From positions 20,436,862 through 20,474,948 of the forward strand of contig JBOZIK010000001.1 of assembly GCA_051453625.1 (NCBI GenBank): DNA of 38,087 nt. Direction: 5' to 3'. Below are positions 1 through 10,999 of this stretch, one piece after another. The stretch's first letter is position 1, and every line of letters starts with the position of its first letter. The translations under genes were made by a program, and so were the position numbers. Origin of the DNA: Welwitschia mirabilis. Its lineage: Eukaryota. Under the pieces are notes generated by a model. That model saw nothing but the letters and a program-made list of their open reading frames with translations, was not told where the DNA came from and ran no database searches.

Positions 1-303
1 GTCTTCACCAAATACGCCCTCAATTATTAAGATGTGTGTAGGAATCTGTACCTCAAAATGCCTAAGATGTTTTCACCCTCAAGTATATACCCCCCTTAAG
101 GGGGAGTATGATGCAATGTTTGTGCCCTACTTATACCTAAAACTTAGTAAACTTTAGTTAATTACATTTATGCCTCCTTGCCGAGCTGGTTATGAAATCT
201 AAGTAGACCCTATTACTGTTCTTTTAGTCTTCACCAAATACGCCCTCAATTATTAAGATGTGTGTAGGAATCTGTACCTCAAAATGCCTAAGATGTTTTC
301 ACC
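1..303. repeat. Direct repeat: identical 77-bp block at 1-77 and 227-303 (offset 226 bp; first copy may extend beyond the window start)
   Basis: gtcttcaccaaatacgccctcaattattaagatgtgtgtaggaatctgtacctcaaaatgcctaagatgttttcacc occurs at both positions. Between them is a near-palindrome ataccccccttaagggggagtat (87-109). Confidence 0.9.
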
Positions 304-1501
304 TAAGAGAGACGTGAGTCTTTATATGGCCCAATCTACATAGTTATGATAGTTAAAGATTGAATAATAAGCTTAGATGGTGGCATAGCCTAACGTAGGT
401 CAATGCCTACCTAAGGCTCCTTATGCTTGCCACCAGTCAAGACGTATTATTAGTTAAAATGTTATATGGTTAAGAAGTGGGTAATTTTTAATTTTAAATC
501 TTAAACAACATTAAACATGTGAGATAGTGGTGTTAAGTATAAGATCAAAGTAAATACTTAAACAAGAAAAGGAAAAGGATTTGGTTTTAGTAAAGTCAAG
601 TGACTTTTACATGACATCCTAATTTAACTTGATCTATTTAAATTACAATTAAAAGTAGGGTCTTAGTAAAAAAAAAAAAAAAATCAAGTAAAGCGGATTT
701 TGTTCTACATTCCAACTTCACTGAATACAAAATAATGAGATTAATGGGTTTACAATGATTAAAAATTGCCCAAAATCTCAAAAAGATTTTAAAAAAAAGC
801 TAAAAAATAAGCAAAATGTGGCATGTGCACACAAAGAGCTAAAATCTTAGCATAAAAGTATATGTGCACAAGTCCGACAAAATAGCAAACCAACAATGCT
901 AGGCATAAAATTCCATGTGCTCAACAAAGTGCATGTGCATAAAAAAGAAACAAAATTAAAAAAAAAAAGAATTTATGGAAATAGTGCCTTGCTTCCTTCT
1001 GTGCAAGGAAAGGTGAGGTTTTATGCGATCTAGGCCTCAACTGGGAGGCGAGTTTTATTTCAGAGACCCTTAAAAAATGTAGCCGTGCTTAGAGCACATG
1101 CACTCTGGTAAGTGAAGCTTCGATTCCTTCGAAACCCTAGGAGCCCTAATGCATTCTTCATTACTACCCCTTTCAATTCCCAAGAATTTCTGGCGGAGTG
1201 GTCAGGGAAGGCAGCTTCTGGCATGAGCAGCGCGTTTTGTTGAAGTCCCGAAGATGGTAACGTGTTTTCCTCGTGTATTACGTAGCTCACTCAAGTTTTA
1301 ATGCAGTCCACTACTGTCGGCATTAATGGAGGAAGGGTCGCTGAGTTAGGCGACGCGCTGGTGAATGAGGCGATAGAAGTAGCACCGCTGATGTATAAAT
1401 GTGGCTCTTACTACAGTGGCAGAGTTAATGGCACCATCATTATCGCGAAGGCGGAGGTAAAGGGGCGTTGCTGCAATGGCGGAGGACGACAAGAGAAAAA
1501 A

Positions 1502-1860
1502 ATGACTTTACGAGGGCATTGCGCTCCTACAGCAACCCGCCAGCTCTCAACATGGATTGGCGCTAAATTGAAGGGCTCTGTAAGACTTGTCTGTAGATTG
1601 CCGTGGACTGACATCCGCTCATTTTTTGATGTTATCGTGCCGCAGTAGTTTGACAATGTGTACTACAAGAATCTGGCGCACGGCATAGGCTGGTTGCACT
1701 CAGATCAAGTGTTATTTAGGGATCCGCATTCGCGTGGCCTCGTGCAGCGTTACGCCGGTGACTAGTCTGCGTTCTTTCACGACTTTGCCGCTGCGCTGGA
1801 CGAGCTCGATGCCGGTCGCATTAAGACTGGTTTCCAAGGCATGTGAGAGTAAGTGCTACT
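1502..1860 (+). pseudogene. C-terminal fragment of a class III (secretory) plant peroxidase, disrupted
   Basis: The frame of ORF 1301-1648 read through stops gives ...HCAPTATR...LVCRLPWTDIRSFFDVIVPQ*FDNVYYKNLAHGIGWLHSDQVLFRDPHSRGLVQRYAGD*SAFFHDFAAALDELDAGRIKTGFQG, then a frameshifted VR.KC. This matches the class III peroxidase pattern D..TP..FDN.YY.NL..G.GLL.SDQ.L..D.....V..YA.....FF..FA.AM.KL....VKTG..GEIR..C. Stops at 1646-1648 and 1763-1765. No N-terminal RLxFHDC or GAHT motif found. Confidence 0.88.
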
Positions 1861-3664
1861 TCTGCCACAGCGAGCAATAGGACTTCGTTAGTAGCTTTCG
1901 CCTTCAAGTCGACTTCCTCTCTGGATGCTTCCAATGGACTTCTGCAATGAACATTCATAATAGCATACAGAACGGTGGAGAAAACTCCAAGAAAGAAGTC
2001 AGCAAATCACAAGGGCAAAAAAAAAAAAAAACACTAGAAATAGCAACCTTGAAAAACCATCTGAGCTAGATCCGAACTATTTTTTAGTGCAAAAAGAAAA
2101 AAAGAATTGAAAAACTGCGAATAGAAACTTTAGGCAAAAGAACCTTCATGAAAAATGACCCATAAAACCATAAAAACAATTGCAATATGGAGATCTAATA
2201 AATAGATCTAAAAAAAATGCAGAATAATCATATGTAAAGGCATGTAAAAGGTATGTGATCCTTAACAAACTTAGAAATTGTGATACCATATGCAAAAGCA
2301 GAAGTTCTATGATACCAATCACATAAACTACATAGCATGAAAGAGAGTTAGATATATTTTAAACAATACATATTTTAAATTTTTTGGTTATTTTGAATGA
2401 TGCAACTTGCTTTTATAAGCAAGTATACCTAACTAATTTCCACTAGATTTTTCATTTTTTGTTAGGGTAGTGTCATGCTGTGACTTATTAGTGCCTTAGC
2501 AGTTCTTAAGCTTTTCTTAAAAGAATTTAGATATTACTCACTTGTGTTAAATAATCACAAGATCAAATAAGAACTGAAGCTTTTTAGTTCTTTAATGATG
2601 AATCTCGTTTAAGGACACCAAATATTGCATGTTACATGCAACATGAAAAGATTCAAGATCTGAGAGAAAGACACTATTTGTTATAATAATAGGCATCTAT
2701 TTCTCATCAAGATTCATTATACTTAAAACTAGTTCATTAGAAACTTAATAGTATTAAAAAAGATTTCAATAGAAGCTCATTAGATACTTAATAGAAATCC
2801 ATGAGAAAGACGATTTTAAACTTCTTCTTATGCAACTTAAATGTTTGAAAAACTTCTTCAATTTATTAGAAATTTAGGTAGCATTTTGATATATTTAATA
2901 CACTTGCCAACCATTTTTATCATGTAATTCAATGACTATATAGAATGCAATGACTTAGGGCATTTACCTTCCATCCAATGTGGGGTATACTTTAATTACT
3001 TACATTCAATTTGAAATGAGAAGGGGTAATACATATTTACCCCTTTTATGTTAAACTTCTCATAATAGCTAGAGACCCTGAGTTTAATTTTAAACTAAAG
3101 CACCTAACCATTACAAAAATTGAGCTAAGATCACACACAACTATGCATTTTAACTTCAAATAAAAAATCAAGGACACATTGATTATCATGATTTAAAACA
3201 TGGAACTTAGAATTTGCATTTTAGGAGGTTAGGCAATTAATTCATCTTAGCCCCATACTTAGAATGTTCATCCCTTTAATTAGTAGGAGTTTCTAAAGAA
3301 ACATACTTTTAATTTTATAATAAGTCCTAAAAATTACAAGGGTTCTTTTTTCCTTATACATTTCACTTTAAGTTTTAGACTTTCTTTGTATTCATGAAAA
3401 GAACCTTAGAGGAGAAGTTTCCCCTCACAGTGGAAAGTAGATAGAATTAGATTTGATCAAATACCTATGAGGTAATGTGGACAAATATCTAAAAGAAGGC
3501 ACTTACTAGATGCCTACATTTTGGTAGTATTCTTTGGATAGTCTAGAACTTAATCTAGACCTAACATAAAACAAAGGAGTCTTAACGTAGGAAGAGGAAA
3601 ATAGAATATTAACGAGGACAAAAATGACAATTTTATAAAATGAAAAAGTAGTGAGAAATAAAAA

Positions 3665-3990
3665 AAGAAAGGAAAAATCTCTTAATCTGTGTTTCATTGG
3701 AATAGAGGAAACGAAAATCAAGATCTTGTAAAAGAGGAGGAATTAGTGATCTAAGAAAAACTACACATAATCCTGTCTATAATTAAATAAGTCTAGTATT
3801 CTAGACATAAGAATGACAAGCTTAAACATATTATTGTTCAATTTTAAGATTTAGAGGTCATATCTAAAGTTTGGAAACATTGTAGTCATTTAAGAGAATA
3901 CATAATATGGGTGAATGAAGATCTTAGAAATAAATAGCTTGTAAAAAGATTGGTGGAATGGAATAAAGTAAAATAAGTAAGATGAAATGG
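3665..3990 (+). pseudogene. LINE ORF1 remnant, Transposase_22 / L1-ORF1p RRM+CTD type
   Basis: RKSLNLCFIGIEE (~3669-3710; RRxNLxxxGIxE motif) and KHIIVQF*DLEVISKVWKHCSHLREYIIWVNEDLRNK*LVKRLVEWNKVK*VR*NG (3824-3990; R.IIV.F...I.INEDLT motif). Confidence 0.7.
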
Positions 3991-4069
3991 TTTTGTTGCT
4001 TTCTTGAATGCAAAATGTAATGCAATAATTATTTAAAAAACTGGAAAGGCAACGCATAAAATTTTTCTA

Positions 4070-4860
4070 CTATAAATTTTTAAATATTGATGGATGTATA
4101 CTAAATATAGTTAAATATTTGAAATAGTTTTCTTTCTTTTAATTCTTTGGCATTTTCAGTTTGTGAAAACTTGAGAGCACGAAGATTATCCAACTTTTAA
4201 TAGTTCTAGATTTCCTGGTATTTCCCTTTTCAAATAAAATAAAACAATGAATAGAAAGATCATCTCAAGGTTTGGCTATTTTGATTTCTAGTGATTTTGA
4301 AAATCAAGTCCAAGTGGAAAAGGAAGGTGAATATAGGAAATATGTATGACTTACGATTACACAACAAGATTTAGTTTTATTTTTAGCCTTTTGTTATTTT
4401 GCTCCATATGAATTCACACTCTATGATTTAAAAGGTCTATTATGGGATTATCCATTTTAATATTTTAGTGTAGATATTTGTAGTTTTTTACAAGAAAGAA
4501 AAGTTTTTTTCTATTATGATTTCAATGCTAAAATTGATAATAGACAAATTTCATTTTTTAGCTAGGATTTGTAAGGCCATTTAAATGAAAAACAAGATCA
4601 TGAATGGAAAAGATTATCAAATGATAGTAATATCAATTACAAAGATAAAAAACTTTTATTAAGAAAGCAATAATTAGATTTTATTATTGTAAATGGAGTC
4701 AATAAGTTTCCAGTTTCAAAAAATTTACTTTTTTAGGTCTATAATGTTCATTAAGTATAAGTTTGTTAATTACTAATTTTGAAAGTTTTTTAAGAATTGG
4801 AGGCTTTAATGTAGTGCTAGAGCTAATTAAATCATGTTACCATTTCTTATCCTTTAGGGT
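4070..4860 (+). pseudogene. LINE APE-type endonuclease remnant
   Basis: Motifs in the expected order: FLNIDG (~4078-4095), VKT*E (=ETW, 4163-4177), SQGLAILI (~4263-4286), FLAFCYFAP (~4380-4406), DFNAKID (=GDFNARIG, 4518-4538), IIVNGVNKFPVSKNF (~4683-4727), NH..I (=SDH, ~4830-4845). Confidence 0.75.
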
Positions 4861-5499
4861 TTCAGTTTAGTATCTACATTCTTGATGTAGCAGAAAAAAT
4901 CTTTTTTTTTTAGTCGATAAATGAAGAAAAGCTAAATTTCCAATCTAAAATCTAGAAAAGATGGAATTCTTCTAAAATCTAGCAGATGAATATTTAACTT
5001 AATATTTTCTTAATCATTTTGATAATAATGTTTAAAAAGTAGATAGAAGCCTTAGCCATGAAAGAAGGCAAGATTATAGAAAAGGATAATAGGCCCATAG
5101 CAAAATCACAACCATGATAATTTTGGCTTTTCCTTTTTTTAATTAATCTCTGATACAAACATTATGTAATTAAAAATACAAACTACTATTTTGTATGTGT
5201 ACTATTTATCATCATGCTTTATTTATAAGATGTGAACTATTTACACACTTTATGATATGACTATCTATTTGCTGAGTCAATAAAGATCTTATGTCACATA
5301 GCATGTAATGTCTACATGTTTGACTTTCTCACAACTCATATTTTACTATGATCATTTTTGTTAAGTTTAAATTGTATTAATGATATGAGTGATTCTCTCC
5401 TTTCTTGCGAGTGATTTTATTTAATGTTTGATGTTGTATTATTATCCCTTTACATACATTTTTGTTTAAATTTTTAAAATTTAATACCAATGTTGCTTC

Positions 5500-5860
5500 T
5501 TGTAGGGAAACTTTAATAACATAATTGTTGTCGAGAAGTTTGATTTTCTAATGGGCAATAGAATTAACCACTTTATTTTGAATAATCCAAGGTAATGAGG
5601 AAAGGGTAACAAAAAATTTAGAGGTCTTTCTATGTTTTTAATTAGAATGAATAACTAGATGACATATAACCATTTCTTTTTCATTACTATGAAAACTTTT
5701 AATTATGATAATTTCTATGACATTAGTTTAATCCTCCAAGTCTAGTTTTGTTGAAGTATTTCCTTATGATAACATTTAACTCTTCTCTTCTGTCACTAAG
5801 AACCCTTTCAATGGTAAATCCATTGAATTTTGTAATTATGAATAAAGGATTTTCAATTTT
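5500..5860 (-). pseudogene. Gypsy aspartic protease region remnant
   Basis: PLFIITKFNGFTIERVLSDRREELNVIIRKYFNK (ORF 5723-6052; cf. I.RVLVD.GS..NV) followed by LPWIIQNKVVNSIAH*KIK (cf. LGRPWIH...VPSTLHQKLK of Tat/Ogre elements). Confidence 0.72.
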
Positions 5861-7224
5861 TTTTTTTTTTACTAAGATGTCTTTAATTTCTAAGTTAGAG
5901 AATTGGTTGTTTTCTCCATCGTAATTTATAATTAAGATCAATTCACTAAATCTCTTAAAATATTTTAAAAAAAGTATACTAATAATATCTTCATTTATAT
6001 AGCAAGAAATATGGATGACATTTTTCTTATGAAACTTTGAGGCTTTGCTCAAGCCACATCAAAAATTCATTTTCTAATGAATGATTTCTCTATTGTATCC
6101 TAGACATATGGAATGCAACAATTGTATAAGATTCATTTCTCAGAATAGAATTGTTAACAATTCTATTTTCTAATTAGTATTTTTTGGTAATGGATTTTTA
6201 GATATTTTTAGTATTCTATTAGACAATGCCATATTGTTGTTAAGATTGCATTTACAAGTATCTCTTATAAACCTTATAAAATGTGTCTCAATGTATGAAA
6301 TATTTTATTAATGTTTTATTCTACTCTATGATACTAATAAATCTAGTCTTTTTTAATCCAATAGTAGATAAAACTCACCCCTAAGAGATTCAAATATCAA
6401 TGTTGTACTTGGTGTGCTTGTCTATTTTGGAAAGAGAGTGTGTGAGAGTTGTATAATCTTGTTGGTTTTGCAGTATTAGGATTCGATTATTNNNNNNNNN
6501 NNNNNNNNNNNNNNNNNNNNNNNNNNNNNNNNNNNNNNNNNNNNNNNNNNNNNNNNNNNNNNNNNNNNNNNNNNNNNNNNNNNNNNNNNNNCAAATATCA
6601 ATGTTGTACTTGGTGTGCTTGTCTATTTTGGAAAGAGAGTGTGCGAGAGTTGTATAATCTTGTTGGTTTTGCAGTATTAGGATTCGATTATTTTTTAGGT
6701 ATAAGTTTTACTACTCCATTAGCTAGTAGAAATTTTAATATTTTATAAAGGGAAGCATCTAATCTAAAGAACTTTCTTGTTAGGTTTTTATTTTTAATAT
6801 AGAAAAGTTTGAATCAACATTAGAATTCTTTTCTTCATCTTCTATAAGAGGAAAATTAGTTACAACAGATTTTACATTATAATTTTACCCTAATATTAAT
6901 ATTGTTTTTGTGTTTTTTTGAGATTTCTTATCCTCTTGTGATTTGAATTTATTACTTGTTTTATTTTCCTCTATGTTTTTCCCAATAGCAACTCTGTCTT
7001 TTCCTACTATTCCAATTATTTTTGAAGGACCTACATTTTAATTAAAATTATTGAACTTTCATATTATTATATTTTAAAAATAAATAAAATGTATGATTTA
7101 TGGACTAGACATATCTCTATGAGAAATATCATATTTAAGTTGCAAGATTATAATTTCCATTTTTGTGCATAATGTGTTACATCTGTGTTCCACTTTCAAA
7201 CATTCTAAAGATATGTGATGTGCA

Positions 7225-7462
7225 ATGTTAATAGTGTATTATTTTAAAAATACTTAAGATAGTTATTTTATGATCCTTATTGAGTGAGTGAAAATCTCAT
7301 GGTATCATTCTATCACATATTTACATAAAGAATGTTAGAAAAGATGACATGTAGTGTTGGAATCAATTCTAGATGAGTTGCATGTGTGTTTGAAATTTCT
7401 GATATGCACTTTTAGATCTTTGACACCTATGAATTGTTTAAAATTTGGAATTCTAATAAGTA
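7225..7462 (-). pseudogene. Gypsy gag (Retrotrans_gag) remnant
   Basis: IRIPNFKQFIGVKDLKVHIRNFKHTC...CHLF*HSLCKYVIE*YHEIFTHSIRIIK*LS*VFLK*YTINI matches P.F..F.G..DP..H...F....LFQ.SL...A..WY......SI.S...L...FL.QY. Confidence 0.75.
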
Positions 7463-8778
7463 TTAATTTCTTAAATGGAACTAATGGGTGTAATCTTTAT
7501 CTTATTATAGGATATAACTTGTTTGATGGCATATTGTAGTGATTGAACCATTTTAACAAGGTTATCTAAAGTGATTACTTCTTCTTTTCATTTTATTAGC
7601 TTTATATAATAGCTTTTAACTATTTGTTTATTTTTTTAATTATTATCACTTGGATTTACTAGAAATATTTAATCTTATATAAGACTATTAAAAACATTAG
7701 AATGTTTTGAAACAAAACCTTTGAGATAATGGTATATTCAAGTGTGTTATTCATTTAAATCTTCTTTATTATTACTATTATTTATTGTCTCATTGTCAAA
7801 TAAGCTGCATGTATAGCTGAGGTCCTAGAGAACTTATTATGGATTTAGATTCTTTTTTATTATGTAATAAGAGTAATGAATTCCCTAGCACCATATGCTT
7901 TGTTGGCTTTAGTCCAGTCACCCATGCTAGCAAAAGAAGGGACACAACTTAGGTTGAACATTATGCTACTTAATGGTTAAGTTAAGATCTCGGTTTCTAA
8001 TTCTTACTTAGTGGAGGATGTTATATTAACTATATAAGATGCAAGATGCTCTGGATCTTCCCTTCATGGTAAGAAATACTATATTGGATGGACCTAGTGC
8101 TTGATGCTCTATGAAGGGTTCCCTTGATATTTCTTGTTAGCCCCTCCTGATGCTCTTTAGTTTCTTCTTTAACCTAACTTTGTTGACTACTATGTACTAA
8201 GCTTAGAAGATGGGAGTTATGTGGGTATTATGAAGGGACTTCTTTTAATCATTCATAGTAGTTCATCTTATCTTTCTTCTCTTAGCTAATAATTCTTCTT
8301 TTACTTCATTCTTGAAATTCTTATTTTAAAATAATTTCATTTACTATTATTATCATTTTTCATTAAGCATTTTCTGTTTTGAATGGATGAAAAATATATA
8401 AAAACTCGTGTAAATCCCACTAGACATGTTAAGAAACTATTAAAGCAAATATCTTATTTTTGCTTATATTTTACTTGTTTCTATGATTTCTAAAAATGAA
8501 AATGTTAATTTAAACTAGAAAGAAGTAGAATATTTACACTATTTAATAGTATTTAAAAATTAAATTATGTCCTTTATTTTTAAAAGATTTTTAAGAATAA
8601 AATATACAAATATTGTAATTTCTAATTATGACTTAAAGAGTTTTAAAAAAGAACTCTTTTATTGAAGAAATTAAAAAGAGGATTTTTTTTAAAAAAAATT
8701 GAGAGAAAATTTTAAAGAAAGAAATTAAATCATTTTCAAAAGAATGCATATCCTTATTACTTCTATAAAAGAACTAAT

Positions 8779-8966
8779 ATTTGACATGGAAATACTTGAT
8801 CTGAAAAGTAAAACGAATATTTCTAAGTATTTGTGAGTGGAGATAGATCAAAGTAATTTGTTAAAGTCAATTTGACATGGAAATACTTGATCTAAAAAGT
8901 AAAATGAATATTTTTAAGTATTTGTGAGTGGAGATAGATAAAAGTAATTTGTTAAAGTTAATTTGA
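8779..8966. repeat. Tandem repeat, 2 copies of a 91-bp unit plus a partial third
   Basis: atttgacatggaaatacttgatct... starts at 8779 and 8870, and atttga recurs at 8961. The copies differ by a few transitions. It lies in the inferred LTR of the Tat/Ogre-like element. Confidence 0.9.
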
Positions 8967-10999
8967 TGTAGTGAAAATTCATCTTCAAAGGCTAAAACGT
9001 GCTATACGTATGTACTAGACATAGAATAGAGCCTTAGTTCTCTTTCTTTCTTTGCTAATGTTGATGATGAAATGGCTTTGAAACTCCTTTTATTTTTTCT
9101 TCTTATTTCTCTTTTTTAATTTTTATGTTATATATCCTTGAAGATTCAAGAAATGTTATATTTATCACATGAACATCTTAACTAACACTAACTAATAATG
9201 GGGTGGTAGAATATCCAAGATTCTTCTCTGACTAACTAACATTTCAATGTCAAATTCAATAATTACACTAAAATTTGATAATCAATTAGGGACTTCAATA
9301 ATTATACTACAACTTTAATAATTAGACTTACTTTAAGAAATTTTAACTTCGATAAATGATTAAAATACTCAAAATAACTCTCTTAACATTTTTTGTTCTA
9401 ATTTGGCTTTTTTCTTATTCAAACATCTAAATCTGCACTTAACATTTGAATAATATAGTGGAGACTTAATAATTAGAACTAGGTTCTAAAAACTGTTAGT
9501 CTAAATTTTTAGAACTAGAGAATTTATGTCTTAACATACTTATATGCATGAGAATCAAACTTAAATATGGTAGACACATTATTATAAGCCTTACATTTAA
9601 AATTTATAAGATGAATCAAAGATATAAAATCTTCACTTCATAATATTTTTGAAAGTTTACCTTCATGAGTTAAATGTGATGATCTATTTATCATGCACAT
9701 AGTTGTATTTCCCACTCCCTATCCATAGCTTTTTGGGAATTCTTGGTTTAGATATTATAATTTTGACACTTTTTCATTATGAATCTATTATGTCTTTGTA
9801 TAATCTCATTTTACTAGGGTGTATTATGAACTATTTTTTTAATGAATGATTTTTGCTTACCTACAAACTTTCTTAAATTTCAATGAATGAAACTTAGTAC
9901 CATTATCAATTAGTAAATCTTTTTTTCCACATCGTTCTTAATTTTAATTTAAAATTAAATAATTTAAATACATCAAGGGCTAATTTTTTAAGATTAAAAA
10001 ATGTAACAAAATTTTTCTACTATGGTGATAACAAAAGCAATAAAAGATGAAACACCATCCATAGAAATAGATTTGATTAGTATAGTTAAATCATAATTGA
10101 ACAAATTTAAAACATATGATTTTCATGCTAAAAATTTCTTCTCAAGTTTATACTACTATTCTTACTTAGTTTACAATTAGAACAAACATCAAAAGATGTG
10201 CATGTTATCTTGTTGAAGGTATTCTTTAACTAAAATGTTTCAATAGGTTTTTTCTTAGATGTTTGAAGTTGCAATTTCAAAAAGCTTCACTATTTTCCTA
10301 TGCCACTACAAAATTCCCATCTAATATTAAAGTGTATATGGATTCCTCTTTCTTAGTGCAAAGCAGCATCATTACTCTTTTGAACATATGTGAGTTGCTA
10401 CTTCCAAATGTAACTATATAGCTATCTTTATCAAACTGAATAAGAAAGATAAGATTCTTTATCACTATAAAGATATGTTTGATATTTGCAAAGTTAAGAT
10501 TTATTTATGTATACAACCTAGCTTTACAAATCTAATTTCTTGTATCTTGTGATTATAGTAATCTTTGTAATAAATAACATGATTAAAGAATACCTTATAT
10601 GTATGAATAGTTTTTTAAGTGTCTATACATGCTAAGAATCATTAGCATCCAAAATTCAAGCATCATGAGAGGTATATTAGAAGAATAAAACTCTATTTAT
10701 GTAAGTAATTAAAGTGATTTTATCCTCTTCATCATTTTGGTTCAATTAGCTAGAGCACTTTTTATTCTTATTTTTGATTCCTTAGTTCTTATTTTTTAAA
10801 TTTTAGTAATCCTTATTGATGTAGCCTTTTTTTTTCAAAAAATAAGAATGAAGTATTAAACAAATAATTTATATTGGTGGGAAAAATAAACTATTTAGAG
10901 AAAGGGGGAACATTCTACTAAAAATTTCAGAGATGGACAAAAAAAGAAACAAAAATATGGGCAAAAGCACCCTTGGGAAAATAGATGAGATTGGAAAAC

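Larger units (their letters stand above)
3400..5115 (+). mobile_element. Degenerate non-LTR retrotransposon (LINE), 5' half only: ORF1 plus APE endonuclease; RT not seen
   Basis: ORF1-like and endonuclease motifs are collinear on the + strand (see the next two features). A linker P-W(stop) lies near 5112 and recognisable similarity ends there. Boundaries are approximate. Confidence 0.7.
5480..9000 (-). mobile_element. Ty3/Gypsy Tat/Ogre-like LTR retrotransposon remnant (probable 5' LTR, PBS, gag, protease; pol missing)
   Basis: Minus strand. PBS-like taacatgtctagtggga (8415-8431) differs from tggcacgcccagtggga (recalled Tat/Ogre-type PBS) only by C>T/G>A changes. Gag motifs at ~7230-7460 and protease motifs at ~5500-5860. 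The LTR is inferred beyond ~8438 and its far end is not determined. Confidence 0.72.

Noticed and set aside
1060..1656. ORFs 1060-1290(-), 1301-1648(+) and 1411-1656(-) as real genes
   Set aside because: They are short, have no recognisable full domain, and are expected in GC-rich DNA. The + ORF is only partly the broken peroxidase frame.
2398..3400. Possible minus-strand Athila-like solo LTR starting tgatgcaac...gcaagtatacc
   Set aside because: There is only a vague terminal resemblance, with no partner LTR, TSD or defined far end.
6391..6692. 101-bp direct repeat flanking a 100-N gap
   Set aside because: The copies abut the gap on both sides and differ by one base. This is most simply an unmerged contig overlap, not a biological repeat.
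9400..10800. Possible decayed DNA-transposon transposase on the minus strand (SHDA*IL near 10650; possibly continuing at 17000-17800)
   Set aside because: Isolated short motifs only. I could not find further collinear DDE motifs, so it is left unannotated pending a TBLASTN/HMM search.
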